Made by a program: the position numbers and the translations under genes. 64,000 nt of DNA from Mobula hypostoma (taxonomy: Eukaryota): assembly GCF_963921235.1 (NCBI RefSeq), contig NC_086101.1, positions 172,732,001 to 172,796,000 of the forward strand, given 5' to 3'. Under the pieces are notes generated by a model. It was not told the DNA's origin and made no database searches. It worked only from the letters and a program-made list of their open reading frames with translations. This document shows, one piece after another, positions 12,547-23,346 of this stretch (positions within the stretch are counted from its first letter, which is position 1; each line of letters begins with the position of its first letter).

Positions 12547-12845
12547 GAGGGCAACCTGACCTGCCTGCAACTCAGATCTGAATGTGCTTTGAGAAAGTAC
12601 GGTTAGTGCTTGACCCAGCGGTAATGGGCAAGTGCTGTGTATCCATCGCGTATTCAGACAGAGGGGGAAGAAAAAGCTTGCCGTGCAGTAAAGCTTTTTG
12701 CTAAAGAGTTAGTGCAGAGACGAGTGGTTTAGTGAGAGGCTGGGAGGTAAATTGTCACTCTGAAACCTCTTCCAGCTGAAAGAATTGCTCAGAAGTTAGA
12801 AAGTGCCAATTCAAGAGGAGATGATAGATGCAGGCAATTTCTTAC

Positions 12846-13064
12846 CATTATCGGGCACACAGGCAGTGCCTGAACTGGCCTGAGCTAGATATGAATTTGC
12901 ATTGCTTTCCTCATCATCTGTGTCAGAGTCATGAACCGGATGCGTGCCGCTGTTGCCCAGCAACCGCCTTTGGTTGCCATTGGCACTCGGCGACGAAAGT
13001 GGGGAACCAGACTGCTCAATGGCTGATGGACTGGACGAGGAGGAGGAGGATGGCATGGGAGGAC
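12846..13064 (-). CDS. TENM3: Teneurin intracellular-domain exon, 219 nt, phase 1-1 (G-PPMPSSSSSSSPSAIEQSGSPLSSPSANGNQRRLLGNSGTHPVHDSDTDDEESNANSYLAQASSGTACVPDN); TENM3 favoured, TENM4 possible
   Basis: Acceptor tgttgtctctcctcag|GT and donor AATG|gtaaga; open frame. The peptide matches my recollection of the optional teneurin ICD segment (IEQS.SP..SP.AN..QRRLLGN...DSD.EE...NS.L). It lacks the LHCSS and NSFLVK words I recall for TENM4, so the paralog call is tentative. Confidence 0.8.
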
Positions 13065-13337
13065 CTGAGGAGAGACAACATGAGGATTTTGGTGTGTGAT
13101 GGCAAAAGCAAAGCATTAAACAGCACTGTCAAAACAAAACACCGCACAAGTCAGGCACACAAAGCCAAATGGATAGAAATGGACTCAAACACCAGAGGAC
13201 ACAGAGAGCAATTTGCTGCCATTATCTTGTGTTACCTAGAGTAAAATAAAGCAATGAACTGAACATCTTTTGAAAGTCAATCCTTTACATTTGAGTTCTG
13301 TAACACAACTAACGAGTGTCCATTTGTTGGATTTACT

Positions 13338-13632
13338 GGGCGTCACAGCAGTGTGGTGGTTAGTGCGACACAATTACAGCCTGGGGGAGATCCAGAGTTC
13401 AATTCTGGTGCCATTCTTTCGGGAATCTCTGTACAAACACCCCGTAGAGTGTGCGGGTTTTCTCTGGGTCCTCCAGTTTCCGTACCAGGCAGGTCAATTG
13501 ATCACTATAAATTGCCCCGTTATTAGGTTAGGATTAATCGAGTTTGTCAGGGGTTTTTGGGATGGCAAGGCTCAAAGTGCCTGAAGGGCCTACTCCACAC
13601 TGTATTGCTGAAGAAATAAAAATGAATAAATA
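13338..13632 (+). mobile_element. HE1-like V-SINE
   Basis: A-box gtgtggtggttagtg, B-box gagttcaattc, V-domain gtgtgcgggttttctctgggtcctccagtttcc, CR1-type tail and aaataaa repeats. Confidence 0.75.
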
Positions 13633-15859
13633 ACTCCTGTGCACTGTTTCCAATTGAAACAGAGACCCAACTTTCTCCACAGTCTCAATGAACACAGGAC
13701 TAAGGTCAAGGCAGATTTGCATTTAGGTGACTTTTGTTTTCAAACCATGCCTTATGTCCTCACTACTGGGCAATGAGCTACCACATGGTCTACTTTCATA
13801 CAAGTCTTTGAGGGTCAATTGTCACGCTGTGCGGGCGCTGATGACAAATGCTGAGTCCTGATTACCAAGGAGGACAAAGACACCGTGCACTTTACTCCCG
13901 CATTCCTGTGAGCATGTGGTGCAGCTGGTTCCCCACCAGTCAACAACTTGACACCACTGATTACAGTCGACAACAACAATACTGGTGAAAGCAATCAGAT
14001 ACATCATATGAGGGAGTGATTCCTCACAGTATAATTTCATGCAACCCCTTTGACGTGCTACCAAGTCTGCATTTGCTTCGCTCAAGTCTTTGTTTCAGGA
14101 CTACTTAGTAAAAATCAATAAGGCATTTAACAATCAACAAATATTGTCCTATTAAATTAGGGTGGTTATATCTCTGCAAACTCCTTCAGTGTGACACTTT
14201 CACACAGAGGGAATTCTCAAGAGGAACTCCTCCAGTTTATTTCAAATAGTTGTCCTGTACTCTGGGCATGCAGTCTCAGAATGCATCAGTTGTTCCTGCC
14301 ACACTTTCCTTATGGTGTTTTTGGAGACCAGCATCTGTTATGCTGGCCAAACCGGTTTAAATTATGTATTACTTTTAAATAGAGAAGACATCTGCAGAGA
14401 TCTGCTGAGGTCTAGGATAGCATCAAAGCTGAAACAACAGAAGCTGTTGTACTTATACAGGGTGCAAGGTTCAGACAAAAAAATAGATTTTGACAGGTTT
14501 GATGCAGTGCCATGCAAAGCGATCATGTCCCTTGAGAAAAGGGCGTCAGAATAGATGAACACTAAATCCAAACATGTCACTCCTCTTTAACTCAGTCAAC
14601 CTGATCATTTTCACATCTTCACCGCGTTTCATAAATCACCTTCAAATCACCAAAATATGATAACATACTTTGAATAAATAATGCAATTTGAGCTTGGATG
14701 ACATGACCTACACGTCCACAAGAGAGACGGCCTCGAACACTGTTCTTAAAATCAGAAGGAAGATTGAGGTACCTGGGGTTGTCCCAGCTGTCAAGCCCTG
14801 CCTCTTCAAGGAAGCCGTGGAGTAAAAGGGCTCTCTTTTTAGTTGGAACAGAAAATGGGTTGCTGTGGGGGTTTTACAGTCACAGTAAATTGTTTTTTAT
14901 TCGTTTAGTGAATTAATAATTCTGAATTTGAATTGATTACCCTTGAGGCTAATTACTGCATCACCTCACTTTGCCAAATTCAACTGTGCGATTGCCAGGT
15001 GTGTCATAATCCCTACCTGGAACACTCAAAGCACCTCTTTTTTTTCCTCCAAGCTGCCTGTGTAGGAGTGGGTCCCCTGTGAGGTGACTAACTTTCTGGC
15101 AACTCAGTCATGTTGCCAGATGTTTAAAAATGTGAGTGGAACTACTAAAGCTCCGATTCAGAGTTCAGGAGGGGCAACCAATCTTCCTCTTCTGTAGCCA
15201 CCTCACCCTGCCTCATCCGTGCCCCTCTTCCATGGAGAGGCTAGAAATAAATCATGGAAAGAGCACACTGAAAGGGCACTGACATGCCTCGTCTCTGAAG
15301 TTGACGGAAACACCGTCAAGGCCAGTGGTTTCACAGAACCCTGCAGCAGACTCTTCAGTCCACTGAGTCCAAGTAGACCATGGAGCCCCAAACAAACCGA
15401 GCCTATTTAATGCTCCACACGTAATATCAACAGAAAGACTCCAGATGCTGGAACCTGAACCAACAAACAACCTACTGGAGGAACAAATTGCACTGAGGAA
15501 CATCTGTGGTATAAAAGGAACTGTCAACATCAAGGGTTAAAACCCGCATCAGGACCACTACATGATAAATTGCTGTAGCTGTGGCCGTAAAACCTGCCCA
15601 TCAGGAATGAGAACTGAAGTGGGAGAATAGCATGAATGACAATGGGGCAAATCCGGGGAATGGAATGATGAAGAATGGGAATTAGAGAAATAGAGAAGGC
15701 CCAAAGATTTCCTGTTGAATCATAGGGGAGAAAAGGAACATCACTGACGTGTCCTCTGTCACACTAACACTCATGAATAACATTCTCCAGTGGAGACCTG
15801 ACATGCCAGCATCTCTGAATATCCTCTGGCCTCTAATTCCAAGCCGTCATTGTGAAATC

Positions 15860-16297
15860 ATAAGACCATAAGAATAGGAGCAAAATCATGTCATTTGGCC
15901 ATTGAATCTTCTCCGCCATTCAATTATGGCTGATTTATTATCCCTTTCAAACCCATTCTCTTGCCATCTCCCCATAATATTTCATACCCTGACTAATGAA
16001 GAACCAATCAACCTCCTCTTTAAGTATACTCAATGTCTTGGCTTCCACAGCTGTCTGTGGCAATGACTTCTACAGATTCTCCACCCTCTGGATAATTCCT
16101 CCTCGTGTCTATTCTAAAGGTACGTCTTTGTATTCTGAAGCTGTGTTCTCTGGTCTTAGACTCCCTCATTATAGGAAACATCTTCTCCACATCCACTCTA
16201 TCTAGGCCTTTCAAGATTCAATCGCTTTTAATGAGATCCCCCCTCATTCTTCTGATCTCCAGCAAGTACAGGCCCAGAGCCATCAAACACTCCTCAC
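15860..16297 (-). mobile_element. CR1 3' fragment
   Basis: ORF 16020..16214 reads KGLDRVDVEKMFP..ESKTREHS; tail cataagaccataaga on the plus strand. Confidence 0.8.
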
Positions 16298-17253
16298 ACT
16301 TGCAAATCATGCAAGGCATTGCACGCCATGGGAAAGGCAGCTGGTTGCACTTTGTCGCATTTTTAAAAAACATATTAGCTCTACCAGGCAGGCAAGATAA
16401 AAATTAGAGTTCTTGAACTGCAGGCAGAATCACAGCAATGCCCAATGCTCAATTTTCTCAAGGGAGTACATTAAAGCTATGTTAATGAGGTCTGGGATCC
16501 CTGGCTGATTACAATTTGCATTTCTGCAGTGCCACCCCAAAAAGCACTCGCAGCTGTGGCTCTCCGTTACTGTTCCTTCGTACTTATGCTCCACCATCCC
16601 ACCGCCCTATCACGACCATGATCTATATCAGAGGAGTCACAGTACTGCAGCCAGATCCACCTACAGTAGGCTTTAAAGCAGTCAGTGCTTTTATCTGCTG
16701 CCAAGTCTAAGAGGCTCTTTTTTTTCTTTAACAGGTTGGATTAAAACAAAACCTAGCTCCATATCTTATGCTATCATCTGCCTGACAAGCTATCTGTCAC
16801 TGTGCAATATCCTGTGAATTTCTACACCTTCCTCTCAAAATTAATTCTGGGCCAAGGGCCAATGTGGTGTGCCTGGATCTCTTGCCCCTCCTTGGTGCCC
16901 CCCTAAGAAGGTGTTGTGAGTTCCTCCCTGGATCCTGTGGTGTTACATTAAGAGTTGGTGAACATACTGTGTTCAGAACAGATGGCAGTGGGAACAAATC
17001 ATTTGCCATAATCATCTGCTATTCTTATTTTTCAGAAAGCACTTCCTTAGCAAACTGTATTTTTTGTAATCAACTTGTAATACGATGCAATTGTTGTCCC
17101 TGGCTGAAATTTATAAAAAAATAAATCGACACTGAATTGATTTGTCATTTTATCATTTAACTTGAGCTGCTGTTTCTCACTTAGAGTGAAATAATTGAAT
17201 TATTGCAGCAAGCTCAAGATATTTTTTCTTCTTTCCCATAATATTGAGAGGTA

Positions 17254-17628
17254 GGGTGGAGATTTGCCTTGACCAAAGGAGGAGTAAGGTGCTTGCTCCA
17301 ACCCTCCTCTAGGTTGCAGGTCACTCCTGGGCAAGGTGCAGTACCTGCTTGGCCCGCAATCAGGGTCACGTGAAGCCATGTGCTGGATGGTCATACGAGG
17401 AGCTGGTGCATATCACAAGTTCTGGTTATGTGACCACTGACACCAGGCAGACAATCTCTGAAGTGTATTGATAATGGTTGGGGTCACCCCTCTTTTAAAG
17501 ACATTGCCCAGAAGAAGGCAATGGCAAACCACTTCTGCAGAAAAATTTTTGCCAAGAACAATCCTGGTCAAAAACCATGATCATCTCTGTTATAAGACAT
17601 GATGATGATGATGATGAGGATGATGATG
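17254..17628 (+). mobile_element. RTE-derived non-autonomous retroposon with (GAT)n tail
   Basis: Contains gaagaaggcaatggcaaaccac (RTE/Bov-B/Sauria-SINE-type motif); homologous to 21231..21576 and 42535..42905. Confidence 0.75.
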
Positions 17629-17984
17629 CATAATATAAAGTCTTCTTTCCATACGGAATTCAGTAGTGTTACAGCGGACATGAGGCCAAAGATAACATGC
17701 TGCTCTGTTTTAATTAATTTGCTTATTGTTAATTAATGAAATAAGGTTTTCGTTTTAACTGCTTGAAAACTATAACAGCCTGAGCTAAAACAAGTCAGCA
17801 ATAGCATGTCTTGTAAACACAGCAATTTGTCTGGCATTTAGTTTACAATAATGAATGCACAGCAAAAAATATGCAGATAAAAAAATGTTTAATTTCTCTG
17901 TGACAAATGCTTCACAGGTTTATCCCAAGCTGACAATATTTAGACACAAATCGAGATGATTCGGCAGCTGTTCTTTGTTCTAAG

Positions 17985-18320
17985 CTTTTGATTAGATTAG
18001 ATTGGATTAGCTTTGTTTGTTGCATGAATATCGAAACACAGTGAAATGCATTGTTTGCATCAATGACCAACACAGTCCAAATATGTGCTGGGGGCAGCCT
18101 GCAAATATGGCCACGCTTCTGGCACCAACATAGCATGTGCACCTCTTACTAACCCGAACCACTCATCTTTGGAAAGTGGGAGGAAATAGAAGCACTTGGA
18201 GGAAACTCATGTGATCACATGGAGAACATACAAACTCCTAACAAACAGCGGTGGAAATTGTACCCTGGTTGTTGATGGCAGACACTGCAACAGCTTTACA
18301 CTAACCTTGCCGTGACCCTG
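17985..18320 (-). mobile_element. V-SINE with LINE-type (AATCT)n tail
   Basis: Reverse V-domain (tttggaaagtgggaggaaa...gagaacatacaaactcc); tail attagattagattggattag. Confidence 0.65.
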
Positions 18321-18490
18321 TTTGTGCTTCACCTTGAGTGCCTGTCTCCAAGAGTTGCTGTGTGGCCATGAGGGAAGGGGTGTCTATGAAAGGAGGAAAA
18401 GAGTTTGCCTTGGATGGTAGGGCACAGGAACCTAGCTGGTGATAATGGGGAATGATGACCCCCAAAAAGACAGAGTGTTGCCCAGTAATA

Positions 18491-19178
18491 ATTAGATTAG
18501 GTTAGATTAGATTATGAGGACACTCAGTCCTCGTTTATTGTCATTTAGAAATCCATGCATTAAGAAATGATACAATGTTCCTCCAGAGTGACATCACAAA
18601 AAAAACAAACCAAAGACTAACACTGACAAGACCACATAATTATAACATATAGTTACAGCAGTGCAAAGCAATACCATAATTTGATAAGGAGCGGACCATG
18701 GGAATGGTAAAAAAAAGTCTCAAAGTTCCGATCGACTCCCAATAGTCCCTGATAGCAGTCGGCAGAAGGGAGAAACTCTCTCTGCCATAAACCTCCAGGC
18801 ACCGACAAATGTCAATGCATTGGAAGCACCCGACCATAGCCGACTCTCAGTCCGTCCGAAAACTTCGCGCCTCTGACCAGCCCTTTGACACCGAGCACAG
18901 AGCACCATCTCTGCCAAGCGCTTTGACCCCGTCCCGGCCACCGAGCAACAAGCAAAGCCGAGGATTCGGGGCCTTCCCCTCCGGAGATCCTGGATCACAC
19001 AGTAACAGCGGCAGCGAAAAAGGCATTTCAGAAGTTTCTCCAGATGGTCCTCCGTTCTCTCACGTCTGCCTCCATCACATTAGGATTGTGCAGGGCACCC
19101 TACTTGACAGATTACAGATATCATTCACCGGAGAGGCCGTGCAAGCTGCGTCGCGCCGCCATCTTCTCCTCCTCCTCC
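18491..19178 (-). mobile_element. Non-autonomous LINE-derived retroposon, same family as 1581..2218
   Basis: Reverse head ggaggaggaggagaagatggcggcgcgacgcagc and (aatct)n tail; ORF-track peptides are shared between the two copies (SVRKLRAS.Q...TEHRAPSLPSA). Confidence 0.8.
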
Positions 19179-19301
19179 AGTCTGGTTCATTAAGGTCACC
19201 AGGGGTGACAATATCTACCATCATTATCCGCTTTGGCTTGATTCATTTTTCACTCACTCACTGGTGAGATTCTAAGGAAATATTTTTTCCAATGCAGATC
19301 C

Positions 19302-19381
19302 CAGGAGTTCCCAACCTTCTTCATGCGACAGACCCTTACCTTCAACCGAGGGGTCAGTGGACCCTGGGTTGGGAACCCCCG
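19302..19381. mobile_element. 80-bp hAT (Charlie-type) MITE
   Basis: CAGGAGTTCCCAACC...GGTTGGGAACCCCCG terminal inverted repeats resembling those of 23156..25386. Confidence 0.65.
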
Positions 19382-19834
19382 GTCAGATGAACTCAGGGTG
19401 TTGACACTGGAATTTGCTATAACCTGTAACTGCAAATTGTTGCTGCTCAAGTCTTGTCAAGAGTTCAAGGGGGAAGGGGTGTTTTGCAATGTCTTAAGCA
19501 CCCAGCACTGTGTCTGCAGAAATCTTCCATATACAGGCCTCCTGGCTGATCATGGTAGAAAGGAGACTTCTGCGGCATGTTGTCTTCCCTATTGGCTTAA
19601 TCACACAAACATCTTCATTTTATTTATAGCTTCAAGAGGGATAAGCGGCAGCATGGCGGATGCACCATTTAGCTCTGAGTGATGGCTGCACGTCATGAAG
19701 TATCTCAGAAACCTTCTGCAGTAGCATCATTGCCAACAGCAATTCTTACTGTTGATGGTCAAGCAGTCAAGTTATGGAGATTGATGGCAGAGATGATAAC
19801 TGACCCAACCAAAGCTGATTATATTAGGGAATTA

Positions 19835-20353
19835 CACACACTTGCGACATTATTAGGTACATCCTGCACCTAATAAAGTAGCCACTGAGTATATGTTTGT
19901 GGTCTTCTGCTGCTGCAGCCCACTCACTTCAAGTTTGTGTATTCAGAGATGTTCTGCTGCACACCACTGTTCTAACGCGTGGTTACTTGAGTTACTGTTG
20001 CATTCTTGTCAGCTTGAAGCAGCCTGGGCATTTTTCTCTGACCTTTCTCATTAACAAGGCATTGTCACTCACAGAACTGGAATTTTTAGTTTTTCACACC
20101 ATTCTCTGTAAACTCCAGAGAGTGTTATATGTGAAAAGCCCAGGAGATCAGCAGTTTCTGAGTTGCTTAAACCACCCTGTCTGGAACCAACTATCATTCC
20201 ATAGTCAAAGTCACTTAGATCACCTTTCTTCCTCATTCTGATGTTTGGTCTGAGCAACAACTGAATCTCTTGATCATGCCTTCATGCTTTTATGCACTGA
20301 GTTGCTGCCACATGACTGGCTGATTGTGTTGGTGTACAGGTGGCCACTGTGTG
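19835..20353 (-). mobile_element. Non-autonomous Tc1 element with transposase N-terminal HTH remnant
   Basis: ORF 20069..20260 reads KKGDLSDFDYGMIVGSRQGGLSNSETADLLGFSHITLSGVYREW; CACTCAGTGGCCAC-type TIRs with TA flanks. Confidence 0.85.
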
Positions 20354-21230
20354 TATATTGCTGAAACTTCAGTCCATGATGTCACTGCTTCCATTTAAAC
20401 TCCACAGAAATACTTCCCCATTCCATTTTCCTAAACTGAATTTCTTGACATACCTTTCTGTTTTTGCTTTTCTTGTATGAATTTACATACAAATAAGATG
20501 GAAAGAAGGGGGAAGAGTAAATTACCAACTGCGTGCATTATAGTGCACATTCACCCAGCAAGGTGACAGAAACTAACGAGAGACAATGACCCTAAACCAA
20601 GTATATTCTGTGGACCTGATCCACTTCTACCTTCTAATGAGATGCATTCCTTGTTGAATTAATCAGGAATGCGCAAGGCACCTGGGCTGGGAGCCCACTG
20701 GTTGCCATTAAAATAGATGCAACTCCCAAATTCCAGATTTCGTACGAACAATGCCTATCATTCACATTTCTCTATTTTGGCTTTCTTATGAAACTTCAGG
20801 ATCACACTGCGACATGAATTGCTGGGCTAGAGTAGGGAGCTTAGATCATAAACGACAATTAAAATGTCATTCAGTCTTCTTCCTCTCTGCATGTAGTGAT
20901 CCAGCATGCAAACCCACATCTGTCTCATCGCCTCTGAATTTCATATCAAATCCTACGATGGAGCCCAGCCTTGCAAGAATTTTCTAGCATTATGCCACAG
21001 AAAGACATCCCTGATCATACGCAGGGAAGAGGGTGGGTGGTGAGCGGTCAGACCTGGTGTAGGATCAGAGTGCATCGATTTTACAGAATTCCAAGACTGC
21101 AGATCAGGAAAAAAGGACTAGCTGTCATATTTCTTATAAAATATTCTTCTTTATATCAATCTCGTTAATTATTTTAAAGTATTTTAATATTTAAAATTAT
21201 TATTTAATTCACGGTAAATCATTTTGTGCA

Positions 21231-21576
21231 ATGTTGTATGACGTGGGCGATCATGGTCTTTCCATGACAATGATTGTTCTTGGTAAGATTTTTCTACAGA
21301 AGTGGTTTGTCATTGCCTTCTTCTAGGCAGTGTCCTTACAAGATGGCTGACCCATTATCAATACTCTTCAGAGGTTGGTTGCCTGGTGTCAGTGGTCTCA
21401 TAACCAGGACTTGTGATATGCACCAGCTGCTCATACAATCATCCACCAACTGTTCCTGTGGCTTCGCGCATCCCTGATCGGCGGGCTAAGCAGGTGCCAC
21501 ACCTTGTCCAAGGGTGAACTGCAGGCTCACAGAGGGAAGGAGCGCCTTACACCTCCTTTGGTACACTCCACCACCC
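21231..21576 (-). mobile_element. RTE-derived non-autonomous retroposon
   Basis: Reverse homolog of 17254..17628 (gaagtggtttgtcattgccttcttc). Confidence 0.75.
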
Positions 21577-22654
21577 ATCATGGTAAATTTGTGAGCAATG
21601 AGTTATTTCATTATTAAACATGTAATGGGATGGGTTGTAATTCCTGTGGGCAGGTGGGTGTTGTAAGACCTAGCCCATATTCACCTGTTCCCTTCCAAGT
21701 GAGTCCATGAATATTAATGTGTTATTAGTACAATGTTTGTTGACTGTGAAGCAGCAATGGTTTATACACAGAAAGCTTTGAGATTTAATGAATAACATTC
21801 ACATTTTTACTGTCACTCGTTTAACAATGTTATCTGGCAGCAGGAGAAATGCTATTAATGTTTGGAGATGTGCAATGTGGATGTGCTACCTCAGAGATAA
21901 AAATTGGAAATTTCTGAAATACTATTAATCCCTATCTTTTAGCAGACTACTAATTATTTTAGCATTTGCAAATTTTCAGGATATGAAGACCCTTTCTGGC
22001 ACATTTAGTTAAAGTGTGCACTGGTTTAAGGTGAGTTCTGTCTCACATGCACTCAGGTCAAAAGTCACCTGCATGGCCTAGTTTGAAACCCACATTACAA
22101 CAGTGTTTAAAAAACTACATTGTAAATGCCATCTTGGCATTCCTATTTAAAAGAACACTACAATTAAGATTCAGCTCAAACCCTACACTTGTCAAACAAC
22201 ACAGGCACTTACAGACACTGACAAGACCAATCTCAGAAACTCCCGTATCCTTCAATTACATAGCAGAATAGCAGGTCAGAAGCTGCCATGATATCTAATC
22301 GATTCGGGCAACGGTGTTAAATATTGATTCAGTTTCAATTATAAGTACTCTATTTCAATTTCAAAGCAGAATAGGCTTGTTTATGGGAGACATATGTTCC
22401 CTTGCAGATATATATCATGTGCTTTGTGTACTCTTCTAAAAAGCAGCATTTGAGTTTCCCTAACTTTGAATAACATCCCCAACTAACAGAAAGTAATTTA
22501 TATCCAGTGTAAATGTAGATTACTTCCCATTAATGTAAAATGCCACCCTCCCAAGGCACCGTGGCATTGGCTACAGTCATTACTCAACACTGTTTTGAGT
22601 GTTTGGTCTTTGGAAGCACAAGCCTATTAGTTTCCTGGCTTCTTTCTTCCATCA

Positions 22655-23110
22655 TTAGCTGGCAGCACTTTTACCTCTTAGTCAAAATGTTCTGGGTTTA
22701 AGTCCCACTCTGGAGATCTGAATGAAAAAAAACTAAGCTGTCACTCCAGTTCAATACCGAGGGACTGCTGGAGAACTAGAGATGCTGCTTCTTGAATGTG
22801 AAGTTAAACTGAGGTTTCATTTGCTCCCTCAAGCAAATGTATGAGTATTCATAGCACTTGCTCCCTCAAGCAAATGAATAAGAATTCATAGGTCCTCAAG
22901 AAGAGCAGGGAAACTTCTTTTGATATTCACATTCAAGGTAACAGAAAGGTAGGTTATTTGGCCATTATCCCAGAGCCACATAGTGGAGCTTTGTGAAGTA
23001 GTTTGTAAAGAGGCGCTGTTTTACAGCTATTAATATCATTTAGTAAGGGTACAATGGGTTCAAAAGTATTTTAGAATGTGCTAAAAAAAATGCTATATAA
23101 ATTGGAGTTC
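22655..23110 (+). mobile_element. DeuSINE (SacSINE1-like) with an internal ~37-bp tandem duplication at 22821..22891
   Basis: tRNA-like head (tggcagcact...gggtttaagtccc), Deu domain (actccagttcaataccgaggga...gttaaactgagg...gaagagcaggg) and L2-type tail atgctatataaat. Confidence 0.7.
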
Positions 23111-23346
23111 TTCTCTTTATCGAGCTCTTCCCCGGCAAGGCCCAATCTTGTACCACAGGGGTCCCCAACCTTTTTTGCACTGCGGACCGGTTTAATATTG
23201 ACAATATTCTTGTGGACCGGCTGACCCGGGGGGTGGGGGGGTAGGGTTGCCAATGGACAAGAGTATGTAGCAGTCAAATACGTTGTGCTTACCCCGAAAA
23301 GACTACAATGACCATGAAGCCTTGCACGGTCACCAGTGTGCATGCC

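Noticed and set aside
12828-13244. 138-aa plus-strand ORF
   Set aside because: Antisense shadow of the GC-rich teneurin exon; no recognisable protein.
13338-13410. A/B-box sequences as tRNA genes
   Set aside because: They are heads of tRNA-derived SINEs and do not form cloverleaves.
14765-14880. Possible minus-strand exon ending CAG|gtacct
   Set aside because: Weak donor, with no convincing acceptor or start and no teneurin-like peptide.
17599-17628. (GAT)n microsatellite as a poly-Asp coding tract
   Set aside because: It is the tail of the RTE-derived element.
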